Shown here: positions 30,098-40,045 of the stretch, in pieces
Layout: the number at the start of each line of letters is the position of its first letter
Position numbering within the stretch: the stretch's first letter is position 1
Assembly: GCA_963705505.1 (NCBI GenBank)
Contig: CAVPJU010000001.1
Location: 96,001-160,000, forward strand
Direction of reading: 5' to 3'
Length of the DNA: 64,000 nucleotides
From: an uncultured bacterium
GTDB taxonomy: Bacteria > Desulfobacterota_D > UBA1144 > Nemesobacterales > UBA2774
Program-made: the position numbers and the translations under genes
Notes under the pieces: generated by a model
Told to the model about the DNA's origin: nothing
The model's input: the letters and a program-made list of their open reading frames with translations, nothing else
Database searches by the model: none

Positions 30098-30240
30098 AGT
30101 TTAAAAATTAGACCACTTTGGTTTAATTGTCAAGTATTGTTTACTAAGTATTTCATATAATTACGAGACAGGTGAGAGATGCATTTAATTTCTCTGATTG
30201 CCATTGTGATTATTTTATATTTCCCTTCGATACCGGGCGG

Positions 30241-31563
30241 TTAATAAGGACAGAACCGCGAGATAGCTCCGAGAGCCCTTTGTGCCGTAAACTGCTTCTT
30301 CTGCGATTTCTGGACACTTTCTTCGAAAGGGGGAAACAACCCGAAATTGATATTCATGGGCTGGAAATTCTTGATACCCGGGTCGGAAATGTAACCGAGA
30401 AGAGAGCCGATCGCAGTATCCGGGGAGGGCACAACAGGGTTTTTACCCATATAGACCTTTGCAGCGTTTATACCCGCCATAATGCCCATTGCGGCGGATT
30501 CGGCGTAGCCTTCGACGCCCACTATCTGCCCGGCAAAGAATATGAGGTCGTTACCGCAGAGCTGTAGCGTCGGACGAAGCAGCCTCGGGGAATCTATGTA
30601 CGTATTTCTGTGGATGCTCCCGAACCTCATGAACTCCGCGCGCTCAAGCCCCGGTATCATTCTGAAAACCCGCTTCTGTTCGGGATATTTGAGCTTGGTC
30701 TGGAATCCGACCATGTTGTACATCGAACATTTCATGTTTTCGGACCTTAGCTGGACAACGGCAAACGGTGTTTTCCCCGTGCGCGGGTCCCTCAGGCCCA
30801 CAGGACGCGCAGGGCCGAACCTTAACGTGTCTATGCCCCGCTCGGCTATCACTTCAACGGGAAGGCAGCTCTCGAAGTAGATTCCCGCTTCGAAATCCCT
30901 CGTCTCGATTTTCTCCGCCCTGAGTATCTCATCCACAAATCCGTAATACTCCTCTTTGTTCATGGGACAGTTCAGGTAATCGCCCTCCCCGTCCTCTCCC
31001 TTTTCATACCTCGATGCCCTGTAAACCTTCGAATTGTCTATGGAATCTCCGTCTATTATGGGTGATATGGCATCGTAAAAATACATGTGCTCGGAGCGGG
31101 ATAATTTCCGTATGTCTTCCGAGAGGGACTCCGACGTGAGCGGTCCGGTAGCGATGATGAGCGGCGCGGCTGGTGAGTGGGGGATGGCGCTGAATTCCTC
31201 TCTTATAATCTCTATATTCGGGTCTTTTTCAAGCTTATCCGTGATATACTGCGCGAATTTAGTCCGGTCGACAGCCAGCGCCTTACCCGCCGGGACACGG
31301 TTCATATCGGCCGCCTCTATCACTATTGAGCCCAGCCGTCTCATTTCCTCTTTCAGAATCCCGCTTGCATTCTCGAGTGAATCGGACTTGAGTGAATTAC
31401 TGCATACGAGCTCCCCCAGGTCCCCCGAATTGTGCGCCGGGGACGATTTGACCGGTCTCATCTCGTACAGTTTGACCTTTATGCCGAATTTCGATATCGC
31501 ATGGGCTGCTTCAGAGCCTGCAAGCCCTCCGCCCGCTACGATAATAGGTTTTTCGGATTTCAT
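30241..31563 (-). CDS. trmFO: tRNA (uracil-5-)-methyltransferase TrmFO
   Basis: GGGLAGSEAA, ELVCSNS, YDAISP, NMVGFQT, HRNTY, GVEGY. Confidence 0.95.
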   Translation of the reverse strand: MKSEKPIIVAGGGLAGSEAAHAISKFGIKVKLYEMRPVKSSPAHNSGDLGELVCSNSLKSDSLENASGILKEEMRRLGSIVIEAADMNRVPAGKALAVDRTKFAQYITDKLEKDPNIEIIREEFSAIPHSPAAPLIIATGPLTSESLSEDIRKLSRSEHMYFYDAISPIIDGDSIDNSKVYRASRYEKGEDGEGDYLNCPMNKEEYYGFVDEILRAEKIETRDFEAGIYFESCLPVEVIAERGIDTLRFGPARPVGLRDPRTGKTPFAVVQLRSENMKCSMYNMVGFQTKLKYPEQKRVFRMIPGLERAEFMRFGSIHRNTYIDSPRLLRPTLQLCGNDLIFFAGQIVGVEGYAESAAMGIMAGINAAKVYMGKNPVVPSPDTAIGSLLGYISDPGIKNFQPMNINFGLFPPFEESVQKSQKKQFTAQRALGAISRFCPY

Positions 31564-31685
31564 GCACCTTATTCTACCTGAACGAAGCTTTAGCGTTTCC
31601 CGGTAGAGGTTTAAGCCTTACCGTGTTGATTATTTCCATCGCGGGATTATTTGGATAATTCCCCGGCTTTCGGTTGCCGGTTCTC

Positions 31686-31710
31686 TATGACAATTTAAGT
31701 CCCTGTCATA
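31686..31710. promoter_or_regulatory. Palindromic upstream activator site candidate
   Basis: TATGACA-N11-TGTCATA perfect inverted repeat ~110 bp upstream of a sigma54 promoter. Confidence 0.5.
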
Positions 31711-31819
31711 CAATATTCGTCATATTAAAACATCAGTGATAACTGTGGGTTACATAGAATTCTTAAGAATTTATTGTTATTTTAGTAACTTATGTGCAAG
31801 TTAGGGGTTGAGCTTCCCA

Positions 31820-31835
31820 TGGCATAAATTTTGCT
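31820..31835 (+). promoter_or_regulatory. Sigma54 (-24/-12) promoter upstream of pilB
   Basis: TGGCATAAATTTTGCT, GG-N10-GC. Confidence 0.7.
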
Positions 31836-31864
31836 AATTTTTAGTATTACGGTATGGGGACAGA

Positions 31865-31893
31865 TTGACTTGAAAGTGGAAGAACAGTATAAC
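31865..31893 (+). promoter_or_regulatory. Putative sigma70 promoter upstream of pilB
   Basis: TTGACT-17 nt-TATAAC. Confidence 0.45.
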
Positions 31894-32175
31894 GTGTCAT
31901 TGGACCTTAAGATCGGAATGGGCTGTATATTTAAGGATAGGGTGGGCAAAGATTACTGCCAGGAGCGTCCGGGAACAGCGGTCGGCTCAGGGAAAGGATA
32001 CGACTTGAGGAACTGCCGGACCTAGTGGGAATTTTATTAATTTCCAGCCCGGCTGGTTGCCCTTCCATTCTATTCTATAGTCCGACAAATGCGTTTTATT
32101 GACTGTTAGAGGTGGGATTCGCGGTCGTCTGTGCCTGTCCATACTGGAAAAGGTTAGGGTAATGAAGAGATTGAT

Positions 32176-33930
32176 ATGAAAGAGCAGAGAGTCAGCGCGC
32201 AGATGGGCGACATATTGATCAAGGAAGACGTAATAAACCTTGATCAATTGAAAACCGCGATACAGGAACAAAAGGAAACGGGGAAAAGGTTGGGGGAGAC
32301 TCTCCTCAACCTGGGCTATATCGACGAGCACCAGCTGGTCGCATACCTGAGCAAGCAATACGGAGTACCCGCTATAAACCTTGACCAGTTCGAAATTTCT
32401 TTAGATATTCTGAGAGCGATTTCCAGAGAAACTGCAATCAAACACAAACTTATCCCGATAAACAAGTCCGGTTCTACGCTTGTTGTAGCGATGTCCGATC
32501 CGTCAAATATCTTTGCTGTCGATGACCTCAAGTTTGCCACCGGGAACAACATCGAAGTCGTGGTAACTTCCGAACGGTCCATAAGAAACGCAATCGAGAG
32601 GTTCTACGGTTCACAGAAGGAATGGGAGGACGCGCGGAAAGCGCAGGAGAGCACTGCCGCTGTGGATAAGCTCATGGGAGATCTTGACGACTTCCTGATC
32701 GAGCTCAGCGGGGAAGAGAATATAGATATTAACGATCTGGAGAAGGCGTCCGAAGAAGCTCCGGTTATAAAACTGGTCAACCATCTGCTGATGGACTCGA
32801 TAAGAAAAGGGGCGAGCGATATACATATCGAGCCTTACGAGAAGGAGCTCCGGGTCAGATACAGGATCGACGGAGTTCTTTACGATATTATGCACCCGCC
32901 ATTAAAGCTCAAGAACGCCGTATCATCGAGGATAAAGGTAATGTCGAGCCTCGACATCGCGGAAAGGAGGCTTCCTCAGGACGGCCGCATCAAGGTGAAG
33001 CTCGGTAAGCAGAAGGCAATGGAATACCGTGTTTCCGTGGTTCCGACGCTATTCGGAGAAAAGGTAGTTATGAGGATCCTGGACAAGGAGTCGCTGCAGC
33101 TCGACCTGACCAAGCTCGGGTTTTATGAGGAACAGCTGGAGGTGTTCAGGAGATCTATATACCAGCCTTACGGCATGGTATTGATTACGGGTCCTACGGG
33201 AAGCGGTAAAACTACGACGCTTTATTCGAGCCTTATGGATTTGAACCAAGCCGATGTAAACATATCGACCGCCGAAGACCCCGTGGAGTACAGTCTGCCG
33301 GGAGTAAATCAGGTACAGATCCACGAAGAGATAGGTCTCACGTTCGCTTCCTGTCTAAGATCGTTTTTGAGACAGGACCCGGACATCATCCTTGTAGGTG
33401 AAATCAGGGATTACGAGACCGCGGAGATAGCTATAAAGTCAGCACTGACCGGGCACCTCGTTCTTTCGACACTTCATACGAACGACGCCCCGTCTACTAT
33501 AACGAGGCTGCTCAATATGGGTGTCGAGCCTTTTCTCGTAACTGCGTCTCTTAACGCCATAGTGGCACAGCGCCTTGTAAGGGTCGTTTGTCCCGAGTGT
33601 AAGCATGAGACCGAAGTCGCGCCCCAGGTGCTCATTGATCTCGGAGTTCCTCCCAAAGAGGTCGCCGATTACGTGGTTTATAAAGGCACCGGCGAAGGGT
33701 GCAAGTTGTGTTCCGGGACGGGTTACAAGGGCAGGCTCGCCGTGTTCGAGGTTATGGAATTAAACGACGAGCTCAAGGAATTCATCCTGAGCGGTGCCTC
33801 CGCACTCGAAATCAAGCGTGAGGCGATCAGGCAGGGTATGAAAACTCTGAGGCTAAGCGCTCTTCAGAAGCTGAAGCAGGGCATAACCTCTATTGAAGAG
33901 GTCGTGCGGAATACCGCAGCCGACGATTAA
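32176..33930 (+). CDS. pilB: Type IV pilus assembly ATPase PilB
   Basis: MshEN-like N-terminus, ASDIHIEP, LDIAERRLPQDG, GPTGSGKT, CxxC/CxxC zinc site. Confidence 0.96.
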   Translation: MKEQRVSAQMGDILIKEDVINLDQLKTAIQEQKETGKRLGETLLNLGYIDEHQLVAYLSKQYGVPAINLDQFEISLDILRAISRETAIKHKLIPINKSGSTLVVAMSDPSNIFAVDDLKFATGNNIEVVVTSERSIRNAIERFYGSQKEWEDARKAQESTAAVDKLMGDLDDFLIELSGEENIDINDLEKASEEAPVIKLVNHLLMDSIRKGASDIHIEPYEKELRVRYRIDGVLYDIMHPPLKLKNAVSSRIKVMSSLDIAERRLPQDGRIKVKLGKQKAMEYRVSVVPTLFGEKVVMRILDKESLQLDLTKLGFYEEQLEVFRRSIYQPYGMVLITGPTGSGKTTTLYSSLMDLNQADVNISTAEDPVEYSLPGVNQVQIHEEIGLTFASCLRSFLRQDPDIILVGEIRDYETAEIAIKSALTGHLVLSTLHTNDAPSTITRLLNMGVEPFLVTASLNAIVAQRLVRVVCPECKHETEVAPQVLIDLGVPPKEVADYVVYKGTGEGCKLCSGTGYKGRLAVFEVMELNDELKEFILSGASALEIKREAIRQGMKTLRLSALQKLKQGITSIEEVVRNTAADD

Positions 33931-33945
33931 GGGGAGGAGGTCAAT

Positions 33946-35046
33946 TTGTCGATAGCGATAGATAAACTATTAAAACTTGTGGTCGAAAACGGCGCTTCGG
34001 ACTTGCACATCACCGCAGGCGTGCCTCCGATGCTGAGGATCGACGGCAAACTCGTCCCCGTCAAACATCCCCCGTTAACACCTACCGACACGAAAGATAT
34101 TTGCTACGGCGTGCTGACGGATATGCAAAAACACCGGTTCGAGGAGAACTGGGAGCTCGATTTCTCCTTCGGAATGGAGAATCTGGGTCGGTTCCGCGGG
34201 AATATTTTCACACAGAAGGGCGCAGTGGCGGGGGCTTTCAGGCTCCTTCCGTTCGTTCTGAAAAGCTATCAGGATTTGGGACTCCCCGCTGTACTTGCGG
34301 ATCTTGCAAGGAGGCCCAGGGGGTTGATCGTAATAACCGGGCCTACGGGTTCGGGTAAGACGACGACTCTGGCCAGTGTTGTGGACCAGGTGAATAAGGA
34401 GCGTCATGAGCATATCGTTACGATCGAAGACCCTATCGAATACGTCTTCGACCATAAGAACTGTATAGTCAATCAGAGAGAGGTCGGCAGCGACACCAAG
34501 AGTTTCGCAAACGCCCTCAAAAGCGTCTTGAGAGAAGACCCCGACGTAGTGCTCATCGGGGAGATGAGGGACCTCGAGACGATCAAGATAGCGCTTACGC
34601 TATCAGAGACCGGACACCTCACTCTCGCCACGCTCCATACGAACACGGCCGTACAGACTATTAACCGAATAATAGACGTTTTCCCGCCCCATGAGCAGTC
34701 GCAGGTAAGGGCGCAGCTGTCATTCGTTCTCGAAGGGATACTCTGTCAGACGCTCATACCGAAGATAGGCGGCGGGCGCGTGCTCGCGGTCGAAGTGCTG
34801 ATACCCAACCCTGCGATCAGGAACCTCATCCGCGAGGATAAAGTACATCAGATTTATTCCCAGCAGCAGATCGGACAGGAAAAATGGAAAATGCAGACTC
34901 TTAACCAGAGCCTCACCGATCTGTATCTGAGGAGACTAATTACATTAGACGATGCGATCGGGAAATCTCAGGAGCCCGAAGAAATAAAGAGGATGATAAG
35001 CGAACGCTCTTCATCCGAGGGCGCGAAAGAACGGGTTATGAGGTAA
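33946..35046 (+). CDS. pilT: Type IV pilus retraction ATPase PilT
   Basis: GASDLH, GPTGSGKT, LREDPD, AIRNLIRE. Confidence 0.96.
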   Translation: MSIAIDKLLKLVVENGASDLHITAGVPPMLRIDGKLVPVKHPPLTPTDTKDICYGVLTDMQKHRFEENWELDFSFGMENLGRFRGNIFTQKGAVAGAFRLLPFVLKSYQDLGLPAVLADLARRPRGLIVITGPTGSGKTTTLASVVDQVNKERHEHIVTIEDPIEYVFDHKNCIVNQREVGSDTKSFANALKSVLREDPDVVLIGEMRDLETIKIALTLSETGHLTLATLHTNTAVQTINRIIDVFPPHEQSQVRAQLSFVLEGILCQTLIPKIGGGRVLAVEVLIPNPAIRNLIREDKVHQIYSQQQIGQEKWKMQTLNQSLTDLYLRRLITLDDAIGKSQEPEEIKRMISERSSSEGAKERVMR

Positions 35047-35105
35047 TGAGTCTTGTACATAAAAATGATCGGAGATGTGATGAGTTATAAAGGGAGGAGC
35101 TGATA

Positions 35106-36320
35106 ATGCCGGTATTTGTATGGCAGGGAAGAATGGGGGGAACGGTTAAGAAGGGGGAAATGGATGCCCCCAGCAAGTCAGCTGTCCTTGCCCGTTTAAG
35201 GCAGATGCAGATCCAGCCCATTCCGAACAGGATAAAGGAGAAAGGGAAACTGTTCGGTTTAAGCTTGTCATTCGGCTCCGTATCCACGAGGGACCTTGTC
35301 GTATTCACGAGACAGCTCTCCACGATGATAGATGCGGGTCTTCCTCTCGTCAGGGCGCTCGATATTATCGCTTCCCAGCACCCGAACCAAAAATTCAAAC
35401 AGATTATTACGAGCGTGAAAGAAGATGTCGAGGCGGGCTCCACCTTTTCTGATTCTCTCGCCAAGCACCCTAAGGTCTTCAGTAACCTGTATACACAGCT
35501 GATCAAGGCGGGAGAGGCGGGCGGCGTGCTCGATGTGATTCTTCAGAGGCTGGCTAGTTATCTCGAAAAGATGGATTCCATAAAAAGAAAAATCAAAGGC
35601 GCTATGATTTATCCCGCAATAGTCATAAGCGTGGCGGTGCTCGTTCTGGCGATAGTTATAATATTCGTTGTCCCCGTATTCGCGGAGATGTTCAAGGATA
35701 TGGGAACGTCTCTGCCCGCCTTAACACAGGTGGTGGTCGATACCAGTTTCTTTGTGAGACAGAATATTCTTTATATTTTGATTGTGATTGCAATGATGAT
35801 TTTCCTCACGGGTTTCCTATATAATAAGTCATTCAGGGCGAGAAAAATTTTCGATGCCTTCTTACTCAAGCTGTGGCTCGTCGGGCCTCTAATGCTGAAG
35901 ACCATTATTTCGAGGTTCTGCCGCACTCTCGCCACACTCACGGCGGGCGGTATTGCCATACTGGACGGACTTGAGATCACTGCGAAATCCTCAGGAAACA
36001 TAATAACCGAAGAGGCAATTCTCGAAGCGAGGAAAAGCGTGAGCGAGGGGCAAACCCTGGCCGAGCCTCTGGCGACCAGGCCCAAGCTATTCCCCCCGAT
36101 GGTCGTTCAGATGATCTCCGTCGGCGAGCAGACCGGTGCACTCGAGGATATGTTGAATAAAATAGCCGACTTCTATGAAGAAGAGGTCGATATAGCGGTC
36201 GCCTCGCTGCTGTCCGCGCTCGAGCCTATTATGATAACGGTTTTAGGCGTTACGGTAGGTGTCATCGTTGTGTCTATGTATCTTCCGATGTTTAAGCTTA
36301 TATCGGCGATGTCGAATTAA
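35106..36320 (+). CDS. pilC: Type IV pilus platform protein PilC
   Basis: FTRQLSTMIDAGLPL, GEAGGVLD, KIKGAMIYP, MYLPMF. Confidence 0.95.
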   Translation: MPVFVWQGRMGGTVKKGEMDAPSKSAVLARLRQMQIQPIPNRIKEKGKLFGLSLSFGSVSTRDLVVFTRQLSTMIDAGLPLVRALDIIASQHPNQKFKQIITSVKEDVEAGSTFSDSLAKHPKVFSNLYTQLIKAGEAGGVLDVILQRLASYLEKMDSIKRKIKGAMIYPAIVISVAVLVLAIVIIFVVPVFAEMFKDMGTSLPALTQVVVDTSFFVRQNILYILIVIAMMIFLTGFLYNKSFRARKIFDAFLLKLWLVGPLMLKTIISRFCRTLATLTAGGIAILDGLEITAKSSGNIITEEAILEARKSVSEGQTLAEPLATRPKLFPPMVVQMISVGEQTGALEDMLNKIADFYEEEVDIAVASLLSALEPIMITVLGVTVGVIVVSMYLPMFKLISAMSN

Positions 36321-36434
36321 AGCTCTCAGTGATTAACGGTGCTTAACTTTCCCATATTCTTATGAATTCATTGAGTGACGGGGGCCTTTTAGGCTTGCCA
36401 CAATTCAACTGAAGGTATAGTCTTAATAGCATAT

Positions 36435-38075
36435 ATGAAAGTTCTCCAGGGCCCGGATACGGGGCTAAAAAGTTCTATAGTATTAAGGGTAATTTTCACA
36501 ACCGTCCTTCTCGGGTCGGGTGCGATCATATATTACGGAAGAGGCGCAAGGAAAGAAGCCTTCTACCTTGCCGTAATCGTAGCCGTCATTTACTTCACAA
36601 GCCTCGTTGCTCTTCTCCTGCAGCCTTTCTTCCAGCGATACCCCAAAATTTTTAAGATTACACAGCTTGTCTTCGATCTCGTTCTCGCTTCAATTGTGAT
36701 CTTCGTCACCGGCGGAAAGGCGAGTCCCTTTATATTCTTATATGTTCTGATAATTATTTATTCGAGCATAGTGCTTACAAAGGTGGCAAGCTACGTCACG
36801 GCCCTGGTTTCGGGTCTTATCTATGTATTGATCGTGTTTTATCAGCTTCGGAACGAACTACCGCTCCCGTCTGGTCAGAGTTTCTTGAGCTCGATGTCTC
36901 AATGGGGGGAAATAGGGCTTGTTTCGACATATTTTCACCTGACCGGATTCCTCCTCGTCGCAATCCTTGCGGGTTATCTTTCCGAGAGGTTCAGGACTGC
37001 GGGCAGAGAGCTCGGTGAAAGCGAAAGAAGCTTGCGCATCCTTCAGAATCTCCATGAGAATATCCTTCAGAGTCTCACGAGCGGTGTAATTACCTTAAAC
37101 CTCGACGGGAAGATTATTTCGGCCAACAGGACCGGGCTTGAAATTCTGGGCATAAAGAGTGAAGATAAGATATTAGGCAAGGATTTAAGCCATTTCATGT
37201 CGGGACTCCATCTCGAAGACCTCGTATCGAAGAAGAGGGAGCAGATGCTGTACTCGGCGCCCGACGGCAGAAAACTTACGCTCGGTTTTTCCACTTCCGA
37301 TCTCAAAGATACCGAAGAAAAAACCCAGGGGTACATAATCATATTCCAGGACCTGACGGAGGTGAAGCAGCTGGAAGACCGTCTGATGACATCTGAAAAA
37401 ATGGCGCTTCTCGGTCAGCTCGCTGCCGGTCTGGCCCACGAGCTCAGGAATCCCCTTTCCGCAATAAGCGGCGCGGTCGAAATCCTCAGCAGCGACGTAA
37501 AACCGACCGAGGACAATCTGAGGCTCGTCAGGATGGCGTCTCAGGAGGTGGATAGGCTTAATCTGCTTGTGGAGGATTTTCTCATTCTTACGATGCCCAT
37601 TCAGAAGCTGACTACCCTGGTCGACCTCGGACGGATCATTTCCGACACTATAGAATCATTCACGAAAACGATAAGGCGCGGCAACATTGAAATCCTGAAC
37701 CAGGTCGAAAAGGGCATATACGTACAGGCGGATTCCTACCGGCTTAAACAGGCGATGTGGAACCTGCTCCTTAATTCCGTGGACGCAATGCCAATCGGCG
37801 GTCTCATTATAATTAAGTCTAAAACCGAAGATAATAATGTGGTGATAGAGATATCGGACGAGGGTAAAGGCATAGATGAGAATTTCATATCCAGGATTTT
37901 CGATCCGTTTTTTACTACGAAGGAAGTGGGCACCGGACTCGGTCTTGCAATTGTACAAAAAGTTATAGAAGGTTATAATGGAAAGATTAACGTGGTGAGT
38001 TCGCGGGGGAACGGAGCGACTTTTGTTATCACATTGCCAAGATTTGAAGAGGTTCCGGCCGATTCTATACATTGA
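36435..38075 (+). CDS. pilS: Sensor histidine kinase PilS
   Basis: Multi-TM N-terminus, PAS, AHELRNPL, PFFTTK/GTGLGL; pilC-pilS-pilR order. Confidence 0.88.
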   Translation: MKVLQGPDTGLKSSIVLRVIFTTVLLGSGAIIYYGRGARKEAFYLAVIVAVIYFTSLVALLLQPFFQRYPKIFKITQLVFDLVLASIVIFVTGGKASPFIFLYVLIIIYSSIVLTKVASYVTALVSGLIYVLIVFYQLRNELPLPSGQSFLSSMSQWGEIGLVSTYFHLTGFLLVAILAGYLSERFRTAGRELGESERSLRILQNLHENILQSLTSGVITLNLDGKIISANRTGLEILGIKSEDKILGKDLSHFMSGLHLEDLVSKKREQMLYSAPDGRKLTLGFSTSDLKDTEEKTQGYIIIFQDLTEVKQLEDRLMTSEKMALLGQLAAGLAHELRNPLSAISGAVEILSSDVKPTEDNLRLVRMASQEVDRLNLLVEDFLILTMPIQKLTTLVDLGRIISDTIESFTKTIRRGNIEILNQVEKGIYVQADSYRLKQAMWNLLLNSVDAMPIGGLIIIKSKTEDNNVVIEISDEGKGIDENFISRIFDPFFTTKEVGTGLGLAIVQKVIEGYNGKINVVSSRGNGATFVITLPRFEEVPADSIH

Positions 38076-38095
38076 CCCCTTTCCGGAGGTATTAA

Positions 38096-39514
38096 ATGGG
38101 GCAGAATGACAACACCATTTTAGTTGTTGATGACGAACCGGGCATGAGGGAGTTCCTGGAAATCATGCTCCAGAAGGACGGTTACAACGTTGAAACCGCT
38201 GCCGACGGTCCGGAAGCTATCGATAAAATTGAAGAGAAGCTCTTCGATTTGGCCATTGTAGACATACAGATGCCCGTATTGAACGGGATCGAAGTACTAA
38301 AGAAATTTAACGAAAAGAGTCCCGACACTACAGTAATAATGATCACCGCCTACGCCTCGCACGAAACCGCCATAGAGGCGATGAAGCTCGGGGCATACGA
38401 TTATATAACCAAGCCTTTTAAGATCGACGAGATAAAGCTGGTAATAAAGAAAGCGCTTGAGAAGAAGAAGCTTGAGCGTGAGAATACCAGGTTAAGAAAG
38501 GAATTAGAGACACAGTACGGTTTCGGAAATATCATCGGCAGAAGCCCGTCCATTGTAAAAGTCTTCGAGCTAATAAAGAGGGTGGCCGAGCTGAACGTGA
38601 ACATACTCATCACAGGCGAGAGCGGTACGGGGAAGGAGCTCGTCGCCAGAGCCATTCATTATAGCGGCACGAGACACGAAAGACCGTTTGTTCCCGTAAA
38701 CTGCGGGGCTATTCCGGAAACCCTCATGGAGAGCGAGCTCTTCGGGTATAAAAAGGGCGCGTTCACGGGGGCGGCAAGGGATAAGCGGGGTCTCTTCGAG
38801 GAAGCTAACGGCGGCACTATTTTCCTCGATGAAATCGGAGACCTGCCGCTTCACCTCCAGGTCAAGCTGCTGAGGGTCCTCGAAGAGAAGAAAATCAGGC
38901 CTCTCGGCGGTACGGAGGCCACAAATGTGGATGTAAGGGTAATAGCCGCTACGAATAAAAAGTTGGAAGACGAAGTCACGAACGGGAAGTTCAGGGAAGA
39001 CCTCTTTTATCGTCTGAATGTTATAAAAATCGTACTCCCGCCTCTCAGAGAAAGGAAGATCGACGTCTCTCCGCTCGCCATACATTTCATAAACAAGTAT
39101 TCGCTCGAAATGGACAAGGATATCCGCGGTATTTCCCCGAAGGCGCTTGAAATCCTCGAGAACTATCATTACCCGGGCAACGTGAGGGAGCTTGAGAATA
39201 TAATAGCGCGATGCGTGGCGCTCGAGTCATCGAACGTTATCCGTCAGGAGACCCTGCCTCAGCTGGTTACGGGGAGGGATTATCTCGACCTCGATACGAG
39301 CTTCGCCTCGAATTCGAGCCTCGACACGCTCCTGGGCGATGTGGAGAAAAAGATGATAGAGAAAGCGCTCAGAACCACTAACGGAAACAAGACCGAAGCC
39401 GCGAGGCTCCTGGGCATAACGCTCCGCTCGCTGAGGTACAGGCTTGCCAAACACGAGCTTGACGACGAGAACGGGGACGAAGAGGAAGATATCGACGAGG
39501 CCGGGGAGCGTTAA
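38096..39514 (+). CDS. pilR: Sigma54-dependent response regulator PilR
   Basis: Receiver domain, [14 protein letters not shown], Fis-type HTH ([11 protein letters not shown]). Confidence 0.9.
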   Translation: MGQNDNTILVVDDEPGMREFLEIMLQKDGYNVETAADGPEAIDKIEEKLFDLAIVDIQMPVLNGIEVLKKFNEKSPDTTVIMITAYASHETAIEAMKLGAYDYITKPFKIDEIKLVIKKALEKKKLERENTRLRKELETQYGFGNIIGRSPSIVKVFELIKRVAELNVNILITGESGTGKELVARAIHYSGTRHERPFVPVNCGAIPETLMESELFGYKKGAFTGAARDKRGLFEEANGGTIFLDEIGDLPLHLQVKLLRVLEEKKIRPLGGTEATNVDVRVIAATNKKLEDEVTNGKFREDLFYRLNVIKIVLPPLRERKIDVSPLAIHFINKYSLEMDKDIRGISPKALEILENYHYPGNVRELENIIARCVALESSNVIRQETLPQLVTGRDYLDLDTSFASNSSLDTLLGDVEKKMIEKALRTTNGNKTEAARLLGITLRSLRYRLAKHELDDENGDEEEDIDEAGER

Positions 39515-39549
39515 ATCCGAGTTTAAAAGTTGGATGCAGTATTCCTGAA

Positions 39550-40026
39550 TTACATCTTATACTTGCCGAAATCGCCTTCCGGAAGCTTATCCAGAAGTTC
39601 CGCCAATTTATCCTTATCCTCGTCTATCTCGATTTTCTTCGATTTCTCGATGACCTCTTCATTGACGAATATCGGGGAATCGGTCCTGAGCGCTATTGCG
39701 ATTGCATCGCTCGGCCTTGAATCGAGCGAGTATTCTTCGTTTTCCCTTTTGAGATAGATACGGGCATAGAAAGTATCGTCGCGGAGGTCCGTGACTTCTA
39801 TCTTCGTCACGATGAATTTGAGCTTCTCAAGAAGATTCTTCACCAGATCATGGGTGATCGGCCTTATCCTCGGGGTCTTCTCGAGCTCCATGGCGATGGA
39901 GCTCGCTTCCATAAACCCTATCCAGATCGGAAGGGTCTTTTCGTTCGCTGCGTCCTTTAAAATTACAATAGGCGTGTTTGTGAACGGATCAAGCGCTATC
40001 CCGGATACCTTCATAAGAAGAAACAT
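39550..40026 (-). CDS. Bifunctional nuclease family protein (DUF151)
   Basis: LPIWIG, RPITHDL, DSRPSDAIAIALR. Confidence 0.9.
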   Translation of the reverse strand: MFLLMKVSGIALDPFTNTPIVILKDAANEKTLPIWIGFMEASSIAMELEKTPRIRPITHDLVKNLLEKLKFIVTKIEVTDLRDDTFYARIYLKRENEEYSLDSRPSDAIAIALRTDSPIFVNEEVIEKSKKIEIDEDKDKLAELLDKLPEGDFGKYKM

Positions 40027-40045
40027 AGGTCACCTCCCTATTACA

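Noticed and set aside
31940..32030. Second c-di-GMP-I riboswitch in the pilB leader (GGGCAAA...)
   Set aside because: It lacks the GNRA-capped P2, GACGCAAAG junction and 3' CGGG..RCCG core; kept only as an unclassified structured-leader candidate.
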